From NCBI GenBank assembly GCA_016748015.1, contig JAAOMT010000392.1:10136-24229 (forward strand): a DNA stretch of 14,094 nucleotides. Direction: 5' to 3'. The translations under genes were made by a program, and so were the position numbers. Shown in pieces: positions 9,150 to 14,094 of the stretch. The number at the start of each line of letters is the position of its first letter. The stretch's first letter is position 1. The DNA comes from Geosiphon pyriformis uo1. Taxonomy: Eukaryota; Fungi; Glomeromycota. The notes under the pieces are model-generated. The model saw only the letters and a list, made by a program, of their open reading frames with translations. It was not told the DNA's origin and ran no database searches.

Positions 9150-9530
9150 CCAATCATCACAATATATATTGATGTAAAAGTTAATGGCCATTCTATTAAG
9201 CTAATTCTTGATAATAGGTTAGCAAGCAGTATTATTACATGAAAACTTATAAACCAATTAAGTCACTGAGTTAATTGTATTACCAACACCAAGATTATTA
9301 TAGCCGATAAAGCAACCAAAACTCCAATTGGCAAAATTAATAACTTCTTATTTGAAGTCAATAATATTATTACATCAATTAAGATTTTTGTCATAGAAGT
9401 TATGTAATACTAAGTACTAGTTAGTAATGACTGGTTGTTTAAAACCAGTGCTATACTTGACTGAATCACTCAAAAACTACAGTTCAGTCAAAATAAACAA
9501 CACATGTAAGTACCAGTTATGTGTGGTCAT
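9150..9530 (+). pseudogene. Retropepsin-like aspartic protease domain (decayed)
   Basis: PIITIYIDVKVNGHSIKLILDNRLASSII, with GAT AAT AGG at 9210-9218 as a G>A-decayed D-S-G, and VLVSNDWL as a decayed LLGxDWL-type motif. Confidence 0.85.
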
Positions 9531-9774
9531 TTTAAACCACAAACTACTCAATCACAATTACTAATAGAATTAGAAAAAGAAAAAGACAAATCTACTTGGG
9601 AAGTCTATCAAGTCTCATGAACTAAAAAAAATCACAACACACTATTACCAATTCTGTTATGGAATGACAAAAAAAAAGAAAAGAGGTGGATAAACCACAA
9701 GCTACCAATATCAATAAAACTGTTAATAGTTGACATACCCCATACTTAGTAGACATAAAAAAAAACCACTTTAT

Positions 9775-10428
9775 ATTTCTCTTAAGTGTATTAATTACAA
9801 GAAAAAACTTTTATTCATAGGAGCTTGGATTGCACCAGACAAAGACTACTAGATGTATATCTATTATTACTGCAAACCATGTTATCAAGAATGTTTTGGT
9901 TACCTAAAAAAACAAGAAAAGTGAGACAATAAATCATGCCTTACTTGTGAAGAAACATTATTCAATAAAAGAATATAAAACAATATTTCTGGTTAAGGAG
10001 GAACATATAATACATTGTGTCAATACACAATTCTTATTAGCAATTGAATAATCTAAAGAACACTTTTTAATACTGCTTGGAACTGAATACTCTCATGCTT
10101 AAATAATTATCTACATGATAAAGACAAATTTTAGTAAATAACAAGTGCTAAAATTGAAAATGTTTTGCCCAATAAAATATTGGCAATCAAAAACAACCAA
10201 CCAAAACCAGTTGAAACCACTCTTATTCCAAATTCAGATGCATTTTTTAATATTCTAAGTAATCCAGAACAATTCTATAAACACTACCAAGATCTAGTAC
10301 CCATTAAAAAAGAGCAAAAGCAGTGTTTGGAACAACTAAATACAAGACTGTATAAACATTGCTTAATCTCCAGTGACTTTGATTATTATGATAATTGTGA
10401 TCTTATTTACAATCTACCACCTGCATAA
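9775..10428 (+). pseudogene. Cys-rich domain of unknown function inside pol (putative multi zinc-binding region)
   Basis: One continuous frame contains CINY (9787), CKPC (9871), CLTC (9937), YNTLC (10006), YKHC (10351) and YDNC (10387). Each Y is a TAY codon, one G>A step from Cys TGY. Includes supplied ORF 10165-10428. Confidence 0.6.
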
Positions 10429-10649
10429 TTTATTTGATCCCTAAAGAGAAAGAACCAATTAGCAATTGTGTCAGGGAATTAGAATCAAAATTCAATTCCA
10501 ATTTAAACTTTGATAATAATAACAACAATAATTTCAACTTCATTCACTATAACAATAACAATAACAATTCAAACTTTGATTATAATCTTAAACAATATAT
10601 TGCACTTCCAAATTTTTCAATAAAGCAGAAATTGAAATAGTTCAGTAAT

Positions 10650-11056
10650 AATAATAAAGATATTATGCCAGAATGAGCACATAATACTAATGCAAATTTG
10701 ATCTTAGATATTCCAAAAAAACTGCTATTAAATTGGAACCACATTCACATATCAGCATAGATCTGAAAATAGCACTGGAAATTCTAGTAACAATAATAGT
10801 TTAACTAATATTAAGATTTAGTTTAACAAAAAAAGAAATCAACATCAAAAAAAAAATAATTGATACAGGATATGTAGAAAATATTATTACAATGCTACAA
10901 AATAACTTGATAAATAAATATGTTATTGAACTAAACAAAAAAATAGCACAAACAATATTTCTATCTCTGATTAAAATAGCTCAGTTAGTTTTAATAGAAG
11001 CAAAAGAAAAATTAAGAATCACAGCCAGAGAAAAAAATGAATTCAGATTAACAAGT
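10650..11056 (+). pseudogene. dut: Trimeric-family dUTPase domain within pol (decayed)
   Basis: All five motifs are present in order as transition-decayed forms: NA-FDL (DAGFDL; 1-nt deletion ~10694), LRFSLTKKEI (SRSSLAKKGI), KKIIDTGYVENI (GGIIDAGYVGNI), KIAQ, and TAREKNEFRLTS (TARGxxGFGSTG). Confidence 0.88.
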
Positions 11057-11559
11057 AAAATAGACATACTAATTAATATAGTAAAAAAGAAATCTATTAA
11101 TGAAGAAAAAATTATTTTCATCAATCAATCAGTTTCTATTCTACTATATGACCAGTACATATTAGTAATAGAAAGAAAAGTAAGAAATCAGCTCCAGATT
11201 TTTGAAGCAGAATCTACAATTTGTGAATTAAGAAAAATTGAAATTATCAATCTCTACATACTGGCCAAAAACAATAAACACATCAAAATCTCTATCTACA
11301 ATACAATTGGAAACACTATTAAAATACTAAGCAGTATTACCATCAGATACTTAAGCACTAAAATTAAGAATCAACTACCAAATACCATTTCAAATTTTCT
11401 ACAACTGTGTAAATATGTAAATATTATATCACAAATCATATACAGATAGAAAAAATGTTATTTGCTCTAACCAAAACAATTGAACCAAATAAACTTAAAA
11501 AACTTAGACCCACTTTAATATATATAGCTTAGAATATTACTCAACAATTTCATTGACAT

Positions 11560-12420
11560 TTTTGCCAGTAAAAATAAATTTGGCAGAACTAATATTATTT
11601 AGCATCAAATTAAGACTGAAGATGTTATGCCAATTAAACAATGAGCATACCAAGTACTACTATCTAGCCATGAGATTATTTGACAAAAAATCAACAGAAT
11701 GTTGGACAATAAGTTAATTCAACTATTAATGAGTTCATAGTTATTACCAGTAGTACTAATTTGGAAGAAGAATAAAAAGATCCACTTTTGTGTAGATTAC
11801 AGAAAACTCAACAGCATTATTCATAAAGATAGTTATTTAATTCCACAAATCTAAAAATTATTTGATGTTTTTAGAGAAAAAAAATGGTTCTCTACATTAG
11901 ATTTGAATAGTGATTACTAACAAATAGTTATAAATTCAGCTGGCAAAAAAAAATTTTTGAATTTGATGTTATGTTATTTGGCTTAATAAATGTGTCAGCA
12001 ACTTTTTAATAGCTTATAGAAATTGTGTATACTGAATTATTATGGAAATCAGTAGTAGTCTACTTGGATAACACCAATGTGTTTTCCAGAACATTTGACA
12101 ATTATTTTCACTATTTTTAACAAGTATTCAAAAGATTAAAAAAAGCCAAATTAAAACTAATTGCAAACAAGTATTTCTTTAACAAAACAGAACTGAAATT
12201 TTTGGGACATATTATGAATAAAGATGACATTAAAACAGATTCAGATAAGATTGAAATTGTCAAGAACTTTTTAGCACCAACAAATCTCACAGAATTATGA
12301 ACATTTTTGGAATTTGCAAAATACTATTACTGTTTTATCCAAAACTTTTCCAAATTGACTCAACCACTTTATTAGCTTTAAGCCAAGAATGTAAAATACA
12401 AATAGATAGAAACTCAACAA
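11560..12420 (+). pseudogene. pol: Ty3/Gypsy reverse transcriptase domain (decayed)
   Basis: PIKQ*AY, PVVLIWKKNKKIHFCVDYRKLNSII, WFSTLDLNSDY*QI, FEFDVMLFGLINVSATF, YLDN at 12061-12072 (YLDD with G>A) and LKFLGHI. Confidence 0.95.
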
Positions 12421-12479
12421 AAAGCTTTTGATATTCTAAAAAGAAAGCTCATTTAAGCTTTAGTACTGATCTATTTGGA

Positions 12480-12850
12480 TCATAACAAGTCATTTATTAT
12501 TACAACTAATGCATCAGATCAAATATTGGAAGCTGTACTGTCTCAAATAAAATCAAATAAAAGAAAATACTCAGTAGTATACACCAGCTAAAACTTAAGT
12601 CCAGCTGAAAAAAATTATAAAACTTCAGCACTAGAACACTTAGCTATTTATTGAATAGTTATCAAATAAAAAGAGTATTTAAGTCAAAAATTTAATGTAT
12701 ACACTGATTACAAAAAATTGACATCAATCCAAAAGCAAAAATTTGGAGATAACTGTTATGCCAAATAGAAAATAAAACTTTTACCATTCAAATATACAAT
12801 ACATTATAAAAAGGGAAAAGAAAATGGAAATGCTGACAGTTTGTTGCAAA
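12480..12850 (+). pseudogene. pol: RNase H domain (decayed)
   Basis: FIITTNASDQILEAVLSQ (TDAS..GLGAVLSQ), LSPAEKNY...LEHLAI, FNVYTDYKKL (TDH) and ENGNADSLLQ (NADxLSR). Confidence 0.9.
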
Positions 12851-13049
12851 TAAAACAAATCTAAGAACATTTCAACCCAAAAATATAACAAAAGATAAAT
12901 ACACAAAAATATCAACAACTCTAATACTATATTAATACTCAACAGTTCAAAAAAAAATTATTTCCAAAGGAACAAAACAACATAAAATAACAATCCAAAT
13001 ATTTTATTATCCACCAAAATATATTATATCAGAAAAACAAAAAAAATTC

Positions 13050-14094
13050 AGATCAACCACTCAGAGTAATCACAAAATCAGAAAAAAAATCAATACTATA
13101 CAACATACACTCAGATTTGACAGCAGAACATTTTCATAAAGAAGCAACCATAAAAAGAACCAAAAAAAGATATTATTGGCCATCAATGTATCCAGATATT
13201 ATTCAATATATTCAAAATTGTAATACTTGTCAGAAAAGAGGAGAAACAAAACTCAGTGAGCCACTAAGACCAATTAAAATAGGACAACTATTTAACAAAA
13301 TTGGAATTAACTTAATCAGATCATTAACAATAACCAGCAGAGACAATTATTATATAGCAATCATGGACTATCTTATTAAATGGCCAGAGATAAAAGCTAT
13401 TCAAAAAGCAGATACAGAATCTGTAGCTGAATTTGTTCACCAAGATTTGATTTGTCAACATAGATGTCCAAAAGAATTATTATTAGATCAAAGAACTTAC
13501 TTTGTAAACAGAATACTAACAGAATTAAGTCAAAGATTTGGAATTAAGGGATTATTATTATCACTATACTATTCACAAACAAATAGATTGGTTGAAAGAT
13601 TCAACAAAATATTGTGTGAAACAATAGCCAAGATTAGCCAAGAAAACCAAGACAAATAAGATTTGTTTATATCATCAGTATTATTTGTTTATCAAACAAT
13701 AAAGCAAAATACTACACAAGCAATACCATTTAAACTTGTTTATAGTAAAACAACAACATTATTTATTAAGATAGACATTAACACATATTTAACAAAACCA
13801 ATAACAGAAGTCAATTTACAAAAAACATTACTAAAAAAAACATATAAACTAATGGAAACTTTAAAAAACAAAAGATGAAAAGCAGTTAATAACATTTAAA
13901 AGTCACAAGAAAAACAAAAAAAACGACATAATAACCAATTATCAAATAAACCAGTTGAATTTAAGATTAGAGACAAAGTATTATTACATTGTACCAAGGC
14001 AAAAAAACAATAGAGTAGAAAATTTGATCTCAAATAAAACAAACCATTTTACATTGAAAAAATTTTAGGAAATGAAGCTTATAAACTAAGATAA
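13050..14094 (+). pseudogene. pol: Integrase (HHCC zinc finger, DD35E core, GPF module), decayed and truncated by the window end
   Basis: H-SDLTAE-H...YYWPSMYPDIIQYIQN-C-NT-C-Q; IGINL (IGIDL); LLDQRTYF (SDQGxxF); SQTNRLVERFN (PQTNGLVERFN); FKIRDKVLL and K*NKPFYI (KWxGPFxI). Includes supplied ORFs 13117-13659 and 13663-13878. Confidence 0.95.

Larger units (their letters stand above)
5982..14094 (+). mobile_element. Gypsy (Metaviridae-type) LTR retrotransposon B carrying a dUTPase; decayed; 3' end lies outside the window
   Basis: 5' LTR, PBS, gag and the domain order PR-RT-RH-IN that is diagnostic of Ty3/Gypsy. Many transition-derived stops and about six frame changes (near 8270, 9020, 9670, 10430, 10694, 11950). 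Confidence 0.95.

Noticed and set aside
1-14094. Alternative genetic code or organellar/AT-rich bacterial origin to explain the in-frame stops
   Set aside because: All three stop codons occur at Trp, Gln and Arg positions together with catalytic-residue losses and frameshifts, which indicates mutational decay rather than codon reassignment.

Overview
This window contains no intact host gene. It is a very AT-rich, almost CpG-free eukaryotic (probably fungal) transposon graveyard made of five nested elements. From oldest to youngest: (1) a minus-strand remnant of a non-LTR (LINE-like) ORF1 with two RRM-like domains and a CCHC knuckle (~1042-2361); (2) the 3' end of a minus-strand Ty3/Gypsy element 'C' (3' LTR 2362-3244, PPT, internal remnant to 3467); (3) the first 129 bp of a plus-strand LTR 'D' (3468-3596); (4) element 'A' (5' LTR 3597-4517, PBS, partial gag to 5981); and (5) element 'B' (5' LTR 5982-6913, PBS, and a decayed gag-pol running off the end of the window). 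Reversing G>A and C>T transitions in B gives an unusual polyprotein: long N-terminal extension, capsid, CCHC, Q/N/Y/P-rich region, aspartic protease, a ~220-aa Cys-rich domain with six CxxC-type motifs, an acidic linker, a five-motif dUTPase, a second dUTPase-like beta domain, RT, RNase H and integrase with a GPF module. All copies show heavy transition hypermutation on both strands, not restricted to CpG, that appears to grow with nesting age. From memory only, the family resembles abundant Gypsy elements of Glomeromycotina genomes such as Geosiphon; this is unverified. All translations and alignments were done by eye.
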